The position numbers and the translations under genes were made by a program. 64,000 nt of DNA, taken from contig CATNEN010000034.1 of NCBI GenBank assembly GCA_950097015.1, positions 2,914,001-2,978,000 of the forward strand, written 5' to 3'. This document shows, in pieces, positions 1-11,618 of the stretch (within the stretch, counting starts at the first letter, position 1; the number at the start of each line of letters is the position of its first letter). Under the pieces are notes generated by a model, which worked only from the letters and a program-made list of their open reading frames with translations, was not told the DNA's origin and made no database searches. Source of the DNA: Macrostomum hystrix. Its lineage: Eukaryota; Animalia; Platyhelminthes.

Positions 1-39
1 AAGAGTTTTTTTCTAGAATGGGATTGAGCAGATGGATGC

Positions 40-340
40 TCTGAAGTGTATGAGCACTAGCGGAAAAGACTGCGCTTCGGATTAATGTGAGGCTGGTCAA
101 AACACATCTAGCTCTGCGGCATGTGGGAATTTCTGGAAGGTTTTGCTTCGAGTCTGCACATTTTTATCGATCCAATTCAACAAAGAAGGAGGCGAGTTGC
201 TCTAGACTTGTTTAAATGTACCAGCACTAGCTCTTATGGGCCAGAGATTAGCCGAGGATTCAATCTTTCAGTGCATCTGGAAGCCGCAGCAATGTTTCTT
301 TCTGTGGAATGTTGTACCACGGCTCGGGACTTCTCGGTAA
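40..340 (+). mobile_element. Possible decayed RTE-like LINE fragment
   Basis: ALAEKTALRINV and AAMFLSVECCTT weakly resemble RT-downstream motifs (GLKIN..K, VLLYGCETWT). Confidence 0.25.
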
Positions 341-454
341 ATTATTTACATATGCATTTCTAGATAGATCAGATAAAAAGATAGCCACTTCACATAAAGC
401 AACGACACTGCATCATCCACCCCTTTCACTTTCGTCCGTAATAAATAGACAAAA

Positions 455-815
455 ACCCAAATCTAAGCCATGCACATTCTACCCACCTCATTCCTGATTC
501 ATCCCACAAACCAACCACCCCAATCTAAGCAATGTACATTCTACCCACCCCATTCCTGTTTCATCCCACAAACCAACAACCCCAATCTAACAAATGTACA
601 TTCTAGCCACCTCATTCATGTTTCATCCCACAAACCAACCACCCCAATCTAAGCAATGTACATTCTACCCACCCCATTTCTGTTTCATCCCACGAACCAA
701 CAACCCCAATCTAAGCAATGTACATTCTACGCACCCCATTCCTGTTTTATCCCACGAACCAACCACCCCAATCTAAGCTATGTACATTCGACCCACCTCA
801 TTTCGCTAGCCAGCC
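455..815. repeat. 62-bp tandem repeat, about 6 copies
   Basis: Unit begins CCCCAATCTAAGCAATGTACATTCTACCCACC. The period matches the 62-bp ORF offsets. Confidence 0.9.
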
Positions 816-1256
816 ACATTATTATCTTATATACAGTATACATGTACGCACCATAACTGGTCAGCGACAGTTCGTACACGAGCTAGATTATTAAATGTTC
901 TACTGTAAGTAGTAAAATCGCATGAAGCACAGAGCACGTGACCCGCATAAGCCTGTCTAGTATCGACTGCAAGCATATGCTTTACGTGGAAAAATGACAA
1001 TTTTGATCTGCAGCAGCCTAGATTGCCTGTTTCTCTACTGTCCTATCTCGCGGCTTACTCAACAAGTTAATCAACTCGAAAACTCCCATTCGCCCTGCTT
1101 CTGTGGCTTCCCGAGCAATCTGCGAGTGCTTCGCTTGTCGTCCACTGCATACAAATGGCTTGGCGTGCATCTGGCATGTGAAGGAAAATTCCTGCGCAAT
1201 TAAAAAACACAGCGACAGATTCCAAGTTGGTCATACCATATTCCTACAATCTGATC

Positions 1257-1500
1257 CTATTTATGATCCCTGAATCCCTCATGATCCCTGAATCCCTCCA
1301 GATCCCTGAATACCTCCAGATCCCTGAATCCCTCATAATCCCCTGAATCCCTCATGATCCCTGAATCCCTCATAATCCCTGAATCCCTCATGATCCCTGA
1401 ATCCCTCATGATCCCTGAATCCCTCATGATCCCTGAATCCCTCATAATCCCCTGAATCCATGATGATCCCTGAATCCCTTATGATACCTGAATCCCTGAG
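1257..1500. repeat. 18-bp minisatellite in a CNG intron
   Basis: TCCCTGAATCCCTCATGA units. Confidence 0.95.
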
Positions 1501-1527
1501 TCCCCTCCAGCAGCTGAGCGCACTCAC

Positions 1528-4500
1528 GCCATCCATCTTCTGCTGGAAGTCGCTCCTTGCCGCGTTCATATTGGCAATCATGGAGCCAACGTTGCCAACG
1601 ATGGTGGCGAATACCAGCACGCCAACCAGAAAATCGGCCGTGACAAAGGCGTACTCCACATTCAGCACCGGGTGCGGCGTCTCCCCGATGGTGGTGAGGG
1701 TCAGGGCCGACCAGTAGAATGAGTAGATGTACTCGCGGTGGAAGTCCTCCCATTCCGTGCTATAATTGTAGGCCTCCGTGGGAGCCAGCTGGCACGCTTC
1801 GCCCCTCGGCGGGTAAACCCAGGCGTCGCTACCGAGGCCCAGGGCCTTTGAGATGGCGAAGAATAGGCAGGCGTTCCAGTGGATGATGACCAGGATGTAC
1901 AGCACCAGCTGGAGCACGCGGAACAGATTCGGCCAGCTGGTGCGGGTTTCGGTTCTGTCGAAGAATTCCAAAACTCTGCGCACTTTCAGCAGGCGATTGA
2001 AACGGACGCAGACGCCAGCTGAGGTGATGGACGGTACCAGGTAGAGCAGGTCGGTTGGCAGCACGCTCAGGATGTCCAGCTTGGTGCTGGGCTGGCTCAG
2101 GTAACGTCTGAGCAGTCGCCGCTGATCCGTCACGGGAAGGCCCTCCTCCAGGTAGCCTACGCAAAATTGAAATATTTGAATAGCGAATTCATGGGTCGCC
2201 CTTATTAGGGCCGTTTTAATGACTTGATTTATTTACGTGCAATTGGCCGTACTGAGCGGAAAGGTGACAGTGATTCAATCAAGCTTCACCTGTGTGAGCG
2301 CCGACGTAGATGTCCGCCAGGTACAGGCAGTCGCACACGCAGTCCATGGCTAGCCAGGCGAATAAGTGTCTCTGCTGAACTCTCGTGTACACTCCACGCA
2401 GTACAATGAAGATGTAGTTGTAGCTGACGGCTAGGCACAGGACCCCAAGCCAGCGGTAATAGGCTGAGCTAGATGTGTCCAACACGAAATTTGACACTTT
2501 CCTGTTGGCAAAATTATCTTTCAATGCTGTAGACACGCAGAAAGGAAAAAAATCTCAGTACTATTAGATGTCTTGAAAAGGTACTAAAATGTCTCCCAAA
2601 AAAAACAAAAATTTGACTAATAGGTCGGCCCTTTAAGTAGAATCATACTCTTAGTTGACCCCACAGTGGATTGGAACCATAGTTAATTAACAGGTGACCT
2701 CACAGTGGATTGGAACCATAGTTAATTAACAGGTGACCCCACAGTGGATTGGAACCATAGTTAATTAACAGGTGACCTCACAGTGGATTGGAACCATAGT
2801 TAATTAACAGGTGACCTCACAGTGGATTGGAACCATAGTTAATTAACAGGTGACCCCACAGTGGATTGGAATCATAGTTAATTAAGAGGTGACCCCACAG
2901 TGGATTGGAATCAGAGTTAATTAACAGGTGACGTCCCATTTGATAAGAATCAGAGTTAATTAACAGGTGACGTCCCATTTGATAAGAATCATAGTTAATT
3001 AACAGGTGATGTCACATTTGATAAGAATCATAGTTAATTAACAGGTGATGTCACATTTGATAAGAATCATAGTTAATTAACAGGTGACGTCACATTTGAT
3101 AAGAATCCTAGTTAATTAACAGGTGACCCCACAGTGGATTGGAATCAGAGTTAATTAACAGGTGACCTTACATTTGATAAGAATCAGAGTTAAATAACAG
3201 GTGACCTCACATTTGATAAGAATCATAGTTAATTAACAGGTGACCCCACAAGTGGATTGGAATCAGCGTTAATAAACAGGTGACCTTACATTTGATAAGA
3301 ATCAGAGTTAAATAACAGGTGACCTCACATTTGATAAGAATCATAGTTAATTAACAGGGGACCTGACTCGAGTTCTTTATATTGAAGTTAGCGAAATGCT
3401 TTGTAAATTCAATTTTACTCCTACGATTGTACATTGCATCAGTTTTTAGTTAAAGAAGAATGAGAAATAAAGTTAGTCGACTTGGCTTGCTTCTCTCGGC
3501 TTTTTCAGAATGAGGTCCAGTTGGCATTCTGGCTTAGCCGTAAACCTCTGCAGACTGAGTCAGGCACAGCTGCCGCGGTTATAAATGCACAGCAGAGATT
3601 GGCTATACTTGTTGACAGGCGGTGAGAAATTAGATTTTCCACACGGTCAGTGGTTAGTTTCTGCTATAGTTTGGAATTATAGGCTAGGCCAAATCTACGC
3701 TCGTATATGCAGTGTTGGGAGCGTTACCAAAAAAAGCAACGATCGTTACTTACCATTAACTAACAAAGAATCGAGTCACGAAAAAATACCAAAATAGTAA
3801 CGTTCGCTACTTTAATTCGTTACTTTCAGTACACTTTTAGCATAAATATACTATATTTTACGTATACATGTTATAACACATATAGCCTTGTTTATCGGTC
3901 GTTACTCATATTATGTTTTGTAATCTCCAACATCGTCCACTTTTTTAGACTCCGTTATCATTATCAGTCTCACTGATCTTGACCATGTCGGGCTTGGGTT
4001 TAGTAGCCATGCGATCACATGAAGATTTTAGATTAGATTGATAATATTAGTGATTGATGACAATATAAAATTGTTCGTCAGAGTAAAGTAGCCGACTATA
4101 GTCTTTGAGTCTATGAATTGGCAATAATTAAATTGTATTTTAATAGAAATTGTCTAATAGTCGAACAAAATAATTTACAGTGCTGCTAAAAAGGTAACGG
4201 GAAATGCACATTGTTGGTAACGACTCGTTGCCATCATTTTCGTTACCAGCCCGTGGCAACGCGAAAAAGTAACGTTGCAAAAAATTAACGAGTAACGCGC
4301 TAAACACTGTATATGCGATATATGATTGGACAAAGTTTGGAGCTAGATTTGATGCGGAATATTGAACAAAGGTTTCTCTATAGTACTCACCTGGTTATCC
4401 TCCGACACAGCGAACCCCTTCGCCGTTGAGAAGTCTCAGCCTCGCGACTCCCTGCCTCCTCCGCCACTGGCGGTCTCGACGATGGCTTGACATCGCATGA

Positions 4501-4848
4501 TCCGGCGGCCTCGCATTTCAGCGCGTTTGGGTCGCCAGTCCTTCCCATGCCGAACTTTTCCAGGAAACTCTCAGCCCTCTCGGCGGCGCCGACGCCATCG
4601 TCGGAACCTTCGCGACCTCGACCGCGGCCGCGGATTTCATTGTTGTCACCGCTGCGAACCCAGCTGCCGAGAATGCGAGCCGATCTGGCTAGACGGCCGA
4701 GAGCGCCGCTGCCTCTATTGGATGATGGCTGCGGCGGCTGAGTAGACTCCGCGATGACGTCCTCATCAGCTGATGTCGAATCTTCAGTTTGGTTCCGACG
4801 TCGGTTTGCGCCGTTTCTGAGTCGTTGGTCCAGCACATTTAGCTGCAT
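1528..4848 (-). CDS. Cyclic nucleotide-gated cation channel alpha subunit (CNGA/tax-4-like), 5' part. The C-linker/CNBD exons probably lie left of the window.
   Basis: Exons 4848-4391, 2501-2290 and 2156-1528 join in phase at GT/AG sites (...RRITR|KVSNFVLD...VGAHTG|[10 protein letters not shown]...). Contains the S4 segment [23 protein letters not shown] and the pore/S6 motif [19 protein letters not shown]...[19 protein letters not shown]. Donor GTGAGT at 1527 after QQKMDG. Confidence 0.93.
2655..3362. repeat. 39-bp minisatellite, about 18 copies, two interspersed variants
   Basis: A constant ATAGTTAATTAACAGGTGA followed by either CCCCACAGTGGATTGGAAC or CGTCACATTTGATAAGAAT. Confidence 0.95.
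3711..4308. mobile_element. Non-autonomous TIR element (hAT-like MITE, about 600 bp) in CNG intron 1
   Basis: Imperfect TIRs (C)AGTGTTGGGAGCGTTAC and (rc) (C)AGTGTTTAGCGCGTTAC, with subterminal GTAACG/CGTTAC repeats. The flanking direct repeat GTATATGC is at 3703-3710 and 4309-4316. Confidence 0.75.
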
Positions 4849-5384
4849 TGCTGTCAGCCTGGCGAACTTTTATCTTGGCAAGGGAAAATGAAACTAGTTT
4901 CTGATCTAAGTTCCTAAGTTAACCCCGGCTTTCAGAATCAATTTGACTTAACGGGACATTGGGGACAGTTCTGTGAGCAGACTTGGAGACCGGGACAAGA
5001 CAGAATTCGGTCCAGATAGCTGGGCTGAGCAAATACCCGAGAGCTTCTTTCTCAGAGTCCCAAGAAACTTCTGTCTCTTCTACATCTCTTTCGCATTGCA
5101 TGAAAAATAAGAACTGAATGCTAAACTCTCATCCCAGACTTAGCTGACCAGCCAGACAGCCAACCAACGTGTCTCGTATCGAATGCGGAGAGACTTGGAG
5201 CCTGCCGGGGGGTCGGAAACGGAGGCGGGAGTTGCACTGTGCTCATCGGAGAACTGGTCGCAGTGCCTGCTTAAGTTATGACTCAATTTTCTGCTGGCTT
5301 TTTTAAGTCATAAAAAACTGAATTTTTGTTTCTACGCGGCTCGTATCACCATGTCTCTCATCAAATTACTATTGTCTCCCACGA

Positions 5385-6372
5385 TCTAGACACAATTTCT
5401 ACCATCTAGACATTTTTTCTCCCATTTAGACACCATATCTATCATCTAGACACCATGTCTATAATCTAGACACTACATCTATCATCCAGACACCATATCT
5501 ATCATCTAGACACCATATTTATCATCTAGACACTATATCTATCGTCTAGACACCATATTTATCATATAGACACCATATCTGTCATCTAGACACCATGTCT
5601 ATAATCTAGACACTACATCTATCATCCAGACACCATATCTATCATCTAGACACCATATCTGTCATCTAGACACCATATCGATCATCTAGACACCATATTT
5701 ATCATCTAGACACCATATTTATCATCTAGACACCATATCTGTCATCTAGACAACATGTCTATAATCTAGACACCATGTCTATCATCTAGTCGCCACATCT
5801 ATCATCTATACATTATATCTATCATATAGTCACCATATCTATTATCTAGACACCATATCTATCATCTAGACACCATATTTATCATCTAGACACCATATTT
5901 ATCATCTAGACACCATATTTATCATCTAGACACCATATTTATCATCTAGACACCATATCTATCATCTAGACACCATATCTATCATCTAGACACCATATCT
6001 ATCATCTAGACACCATGTCTATCATCTAGTCGCCACATCTATCATCTATACATTATATCTATCATATAGTCACCATATCTATCATCTAGACACCATATTT
6101 ATCATCTAGACACCATATTTATCATCTAGACACCATATTTATCATCTAGACACCATATTTATCATCTAGACACCATATCTATCATCTAGACACCACACCT
6201 ATAATCTAGACACCATATTTATCATCTAGACACCATATCTATCATCTAGACACCATATCTATCATCTAGACACCATATCTATCATCTAGACACCATATCT
6301 ATCATCTAGACACCATGTCTATCATCTAGTCGCCACATCTATCATCTATAGATTATATCTATCATCTAGTCA
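5385..6372. repeat. 20-bp minisatellite, about 49 copies
   Basis: ATCTAGACACCATATCTATC units. Confidence 0.95.
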
Positions 6373-6887
6373 CACGCTAGCCGAAATTCCCGTTTAGTAT
6401 CCCATTTCAACTAGACCATATAAAATCTACAGTGGAATATGCCACCTACACAGTACACAGTAACAAATCGAGCAAAAAAACTAGCTAGCGAATATGGTAA
6501 AAATCTGTCTTGAAAAGAGAGAGGGCCGCAGCAGGGAGAGGAAATTTACTGGAATGCAGAAGCCGCTGCACAGAATCCTCTATCTTCATCTCTCCTATTC
6601 TACCAATTCCACGGAAGCCTATACGCGTATCGTTAACTAAACGCAAAATGCGAAACAACGCATCGAACAATGCACGATTGTACATATCTGCTGTACAATC
6701 CCTGCCCTGCCAGGAGACAAGGCAGACAGTAGGGCGGGGGTGACGGGGGTAGGAGTAGGTTGCGGCCGAATGCAGCGAACTTTGCCAGGCCTTAGAGGGG
6801 ATTTATACACGGGTATAAGTCGAGCTTCAGGATCTGCATAGAGGCCAGACCAGTGCAGCCAGAGGATTAAGCACACTGCCAGGCACC

Positions 6888-9678
6888 ATGCAGCATCACC
6901 CAGCCCCATCGGCCGGTCACTCCAAGCTCTACACCCTAGCTAGCGTGTTCAACGAGAAAGCCCCACCGGACTATACTAAGATATCGGCGCTGTATCCTCA
7001 GAGGCAGGTGAGTTCTTCACCTCAAACAGAAGGTTGTACTACCAGATGTACCAGCCGTTCAACTAACTTTTCAGTACATTGCCCGGGGGCTGCTCTTGGC
7101 TGAAGAACACGATTTTTTTTCTTTGGGCTAAGATTCGAACTCCTGATCTCTTGGTCAGCATAATGATAATCATTGCAGGAGGGCTGTGGGCAATGGCACA
7201 TCATTTGGTTGCACTAGACCCACAGCCAGCGAGGAGGCAATTCTGTCCACTTCGCTGACTCCTGAGCACACACGCACACAGGTGTGTACATCTGCCCTGA
7301 CTTTCTCATCGTCAGGCAGTGTACACTCTCGCTGTGCCTTGGAGGTTGGCCCTCAAGGGAGTAAATTGCACAACAAGCCCCCAAGCCTCAAATGAATGTG
7401 GCCTCGCCGCGGAATCGAGCTCAGGGACCTTGGTGCGAGAGGCAAACGCGTTAGACTGCTCTGCCACTCACCGCCCTTTGGTCAGGATATGGCAAAGACT
7501 TTTCTATAATAGCTATTACGTTGTCCGCCATTGCAGCAGGATGAGTCCTATCGATACAAGCCGGCGGGCAGCGGTGGCAGCATTGTGCTGGTCTCACCGC
7601 ACTCAACCAGCTCCAGCCAGGGCTCAGTCAGCATCCCGGTCAGCGTGCAGCGTCGGCTGCACATCGACTCCACCGGGACGACATCGGCGGCGGCTGGCGG
7701 CGGAGCTGGCAGTGTGATGACGATGTCGCTCTATGACGGCGTGACAAGCAGCGGTGAGCTAGTCACTAACTACCTGGAGGCCAACGGGCCGCCGCAGCCG
7801 CTGACCGCCGTAGCTCGCCGCGCCAACGCCGCAGCCGCTGTTGCCGCCGCCGCTGCAGCAGCAGCCGCGGCGGCCACCGCCGGATCAGTCAGTGACATCG
7901 ACGCGGTGTCAGGCGACGGTGAAGAGGGTGACGACGAATCCGTCTGCTTCCGCTGTCGTCGTTTCGTGCCAGTTCGTCTGGCGTTGCAGCTGGCCGCCTT
8001 AAACGCTTCCTTTCACCCCTACTGCTTCCTGTGCTACCAGTGCCAGGCACCGCTCACGCAAACTTCGTCATTCTATCACGCTGCAGGTGATCGATAATGA
8101 CTACTTTGCAGTCATTATACAGCCTCATTCACACAGTAGCTGCAGACAATACAGCATATACAGCCTCATTCACACAGTAGCTGCAGACAATACAGCATAT
8201 ACCCAGCCTCATTCACACAGTAGCTGCAGACAATACAGCATATACAGCCTCATTCACACAGTAGCTGCAGACAATACAGCATATACAGCCTCATTCACAC
8301 AGTAGCTGCAGACAATACAGCATATACAGCCTCATTCACACAGTAGCTGCAGACAATACAGCATATACCCAGCCTCATTCACACAGTAGCTGCAGACAAT
8401 ACAGCATATACAGCCTCATTCACACAGTAGCTGCAGGCAATACAGCATATACAGCCTCATTCACACAGTAGCTGCAGGCAATACAGCATATACAGCCTCA
8501 TTCACACAGTAGCTGCAGGCAATACAGCATATACAGCCTCATTCACACAGTAGCTGCAGACAATACAGCATATACAGCCTCATTCACACAGTAGCTGCAG
8601 GCAATACAGCATATACAGCCTCATTCACACAGTAGCTGCAGGCAATACAGCATATACAGCCTCATTCACACAGTAGCTGCAGACAATACAGCATATACAG
8701 CCTCATTCACACAGTAGCTGCAGACAATACAGCATATACAGCCTCATTCACACAGTAGCTGCAGACAATACAGCATATACAGCCTTATTCACACAGTAGC
8801 TGCAGACAATGCAGCATATACAGCCTCATTCACACAGTAGCTGCAGGCAATACAGCATATACAGCCTCATTCACACAGTAGCTGCAGGCAATACAGCATA
8901 TACAGCCTCATTCACACAGTAGCTGCAGACAATACAGCATATACAGCCTCATTCACACAGTAGCTGCAGGCAATACAGCATATACAGCCTCATTCACACA
9001 GTAGCTGCAGACAATACAGCATATACAGCCTCATTCACACAGTAGCTGCAGACAATACAGCATATACAGCCTCATTCACACAGTAGCTGCAGACAATACA
9101 GCATATACAGCCTCATTCACACAGTAGCTGCAGACAATACAGTATATACAGCCTCATTCACACAGTAGCTGCAGGCAATACAGTATATACAGCCTCATTC
9201 ACACAGTAGCTGCAGGCAATACAGCATATACAGCCTCATTCACACAGTAGCTGCAGGCAATACAGCATATACAGCCTCATTCACACAGTAGCTGCATTTT
9301 TATTAAAAGTTCATCCACCTCGCCAAATTGACCAAAGGCCGGCTTCTTTGCGAGGGCTGCGTCAACGACGCCTTGGAGATGTGTGACGTCTGCCGGCAGC
9401 CGGTGACGGAGCGCATCCTGCGGGCTTTGGGCAAGCCCTACCACCCGGCCTGCTTCCGCTGCACCCAGTGCCGGCGCAAACTTGACGGCCAGGGCTTCAC
9501 CGTGGACGTGCACAATCGGGTGCTCTGCCTGGACGACTTCCACCGGAAATACGCACCACGCTGCGCCGCCTGCAGGCAGCCGATCACCCCGGCCAGGGGC
9601 CAGACTGAGACACGCCGGGTACTGGTGGACAACCAGAGCTACCATGTCAGCTGTTACCATGGCAGCAGCCTAGCCTAA
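6888..9678 (+). CDS. Zyxin/LPP/Ajuba-family LIM-domain protein, about 336 aa
   Basis: Exons 6888-7007, 7537(or 7540)-8086 and 9338-9678 are in phase. LIM1 is CFRC...HPYCFLCYQC...G|RLLCEGC. LIM2 is CDVC...YHPACFRCTQC...LCLDD. LIM3 begins CAACRQPITPARGQTETRRVLVDNQSYHVSCY, resembling LPP/zyxin LIM3. Confidence 0.88.
7160..7477 (-). mobile_element. tRNA-derived SINE, family A (in LIM intron 1)
   Basis: Similar over about 300 bp to 17197-17513 and 60399-60730, with a Pol III A-box (TGGCAGAGC) and a B-box-like head. Confidence 0.75.
8105..9295. repeat. 41-bp minisatellite, about 29 copies, filling LIM intron 2
   Basis: TACAGCCTCATTCACACAGTAGCTGCAGACAATACAGCATA units. Confidence 0.97.
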
Positions 9679-9819
9679 CTGTCTGCACCGTGGCACTGAG
9701 TTACTCATCAATCATAGCAGCCTTATGTTCTGTAGATCTCGCTGACTAAGCCTCACTCGACATGCAAATCATACATGTAACTCAGAATTCTCTATTAGGT
9801 CTCAGCATTTGGTACAAAA

Positions 9820-10190
9820 CCTACACCACAGTACCTGAGGGAACCAACACCACAGTACCTGAGGGAACCAACACCACAGTACCTGAGGAAATCTACACCA
9901 CAGTACCTGAGGGAACCTATACACCACAGTACCTGAGGGAACCTATACACCACAGTACCTGAGGGAACCTACACCACAGTACCTGAGGGAACCTATACAC
10001 CACAGTACCTGAGGGAACCTATACACCACAGTACCTGAGGGAACCTATACACCACAGTACCTGAAGGAACCTACACCACAGTACCTGAGGGAACCTACAC
10101 CACAGTACCTGAGGGAACCTATACACCACAGTACCTGAGGGAACCTATACACCACAGTACCTGAGGGAACCTACACCACAGTACCTTAGG
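9820..10190. repeat. 21-23-bp minisatellite
   Basis: CACAGTACCTGAGGGAACCTA(TA)C units. Confidence 0.95.
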
Positions 10191-10747
10191 ATCTTTCTGA
10201 GGGTAACACCTCAGTACCTGATAATTTAATCAGGTAGCCAACAAGCAAACCTGAAAATTATGCAGACAAACTAATCAGGCATACATAATCGATTAATCTA
10301 TAGACTCATTAAAATGCTTCTGATGTACGGCTTTGAGTCTTATCTTAGGCTTGTAGTTCCATAAATTATTGATGGAATCAATCCGCGATTAAACACATTT
10401 AAACAACCATTTATACTACTGTTAATATAATCACGCATTGAGACTTCTGTGAAGTCAATTAATAAATTTTGCAAAGTAACTTATAAACTGTAAGTGTAAG
10501 TTAGATAATAAATTAGTCAAGTAAATATTGTCAAATAAACTGTAGATTGACATCGTAAAACTTCATTTTGTGTCTGTTCCATTATTTACTAGCGTAGATG
10601 CCAAATTTAAAATTAGATTTTTCTTAGACAGTTTATCATTTCATCAGCTTTTTATTCTTGTTTGTTTCAAGAACATTTACTGCTCAGCCAAGAAGTTATT
10701 ACTGACAACACACATTCTGCAGTCCCTAACAGAATGAAAAGCAGAGA

Positions 10748-11300
10748 ATAGATGAGAGTAGATAGGAGAGAGTAGATAGGAGAGAGTAGATAGGAGAGAG
10801 TAGATAGGAGAGAGTAGATAGGTGAGAGTAGATAGGAAAGAGTAGATAGTTGAGAATAGATAGGTGAGAGTAGATAGGAAAGAGTAGATAGGAGAGGGTA
10901 GATAGGTGAGAGTAGATAGGAGAGAGTAGATAGGAGAGAGTAGATAGGAGAGAGTAGATAGGTGAGAGTAGATAGGAAAGAGTAGATAGGAGAGAGTAGA
11001 TAGGAAAGAGTAGATAGGTGAGAGTAGATAGGAGAGAGTAGATAGGTGAGAGTAGATAGGAAAGAGTAGATAGTTGAGAATAGATAGGTGAGAGTAGATA
11101 GGAAAGAGTAGATAGTTGAGAATAGATAGGTGAGAGTAGATAGGAGAGAGTAGATAGGAGAGAGTAGATAGGAGAGAGTAGATAGGTGAGAGTAGATAGG
11201 AAAGAGTAGATAGTTGAGAATAGATAGGTGAGAGTAGATAGGAAAGAGTAGATAGATGAGAGTAGATAGGTGAGAATAGACAGGTGAGAGAAGATAGGAA
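10748..11300. repeat. 15-bp purine-rich minisatellite
   Basis: GAGAGTAGATAGGA(G/A) units. Confidence 0.95.
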
Positions 11301-11618
11301 AGCGAAGTTAAAAATAGACGAGAATACATTTAAATGAGGAGGAGAGACAAAAGAGAATGAAACAATTAGACGCGACACCAATGGTGATCAAGTAGGAAGA
11401 CGTGACTTCAATGGGAAAGGGATTTTGTACTCAAAGTATGGGAAATTTCAGTTGGTCGATAGGGATGGGGAATGGAGATGATAGTAGAAGAAGGTTGATG
11501 CACCTGCCTTACATATTTACTATATATTCTTAGCGACATTAATTAGAAAAAATGCCAATAAAGAACAGAATTTACAAGGCGAGTACTAGGAAATAGGACA
11601 GCAAAAAATGCCAAAATA

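Noticed and set aside
1333-1527. CNG ORF reading on into GFRDHE repeats
   Set aside because: A canonical donor GTGAGT at 1527 follows QQKMDG, so the rest is intronic minisatellite.
8105-9295. CRISPR-like appearance of the 41-bp, 39-bp, 34-bp and 62-bp arrays
   Set aside because: Units are head-to-tail with no unique spacers. There are no cas genes, and the context is eukaryotic introns.
10667-11381. Long ORFs made of repeats (also 14734-15431, 23516-23872, 31471-32133, 36827-37564, 38796-39545, 1257-1445)
   Set aside because: They are stop-free frames of minisatellites, open in several frames at once, with no splice or codon support.
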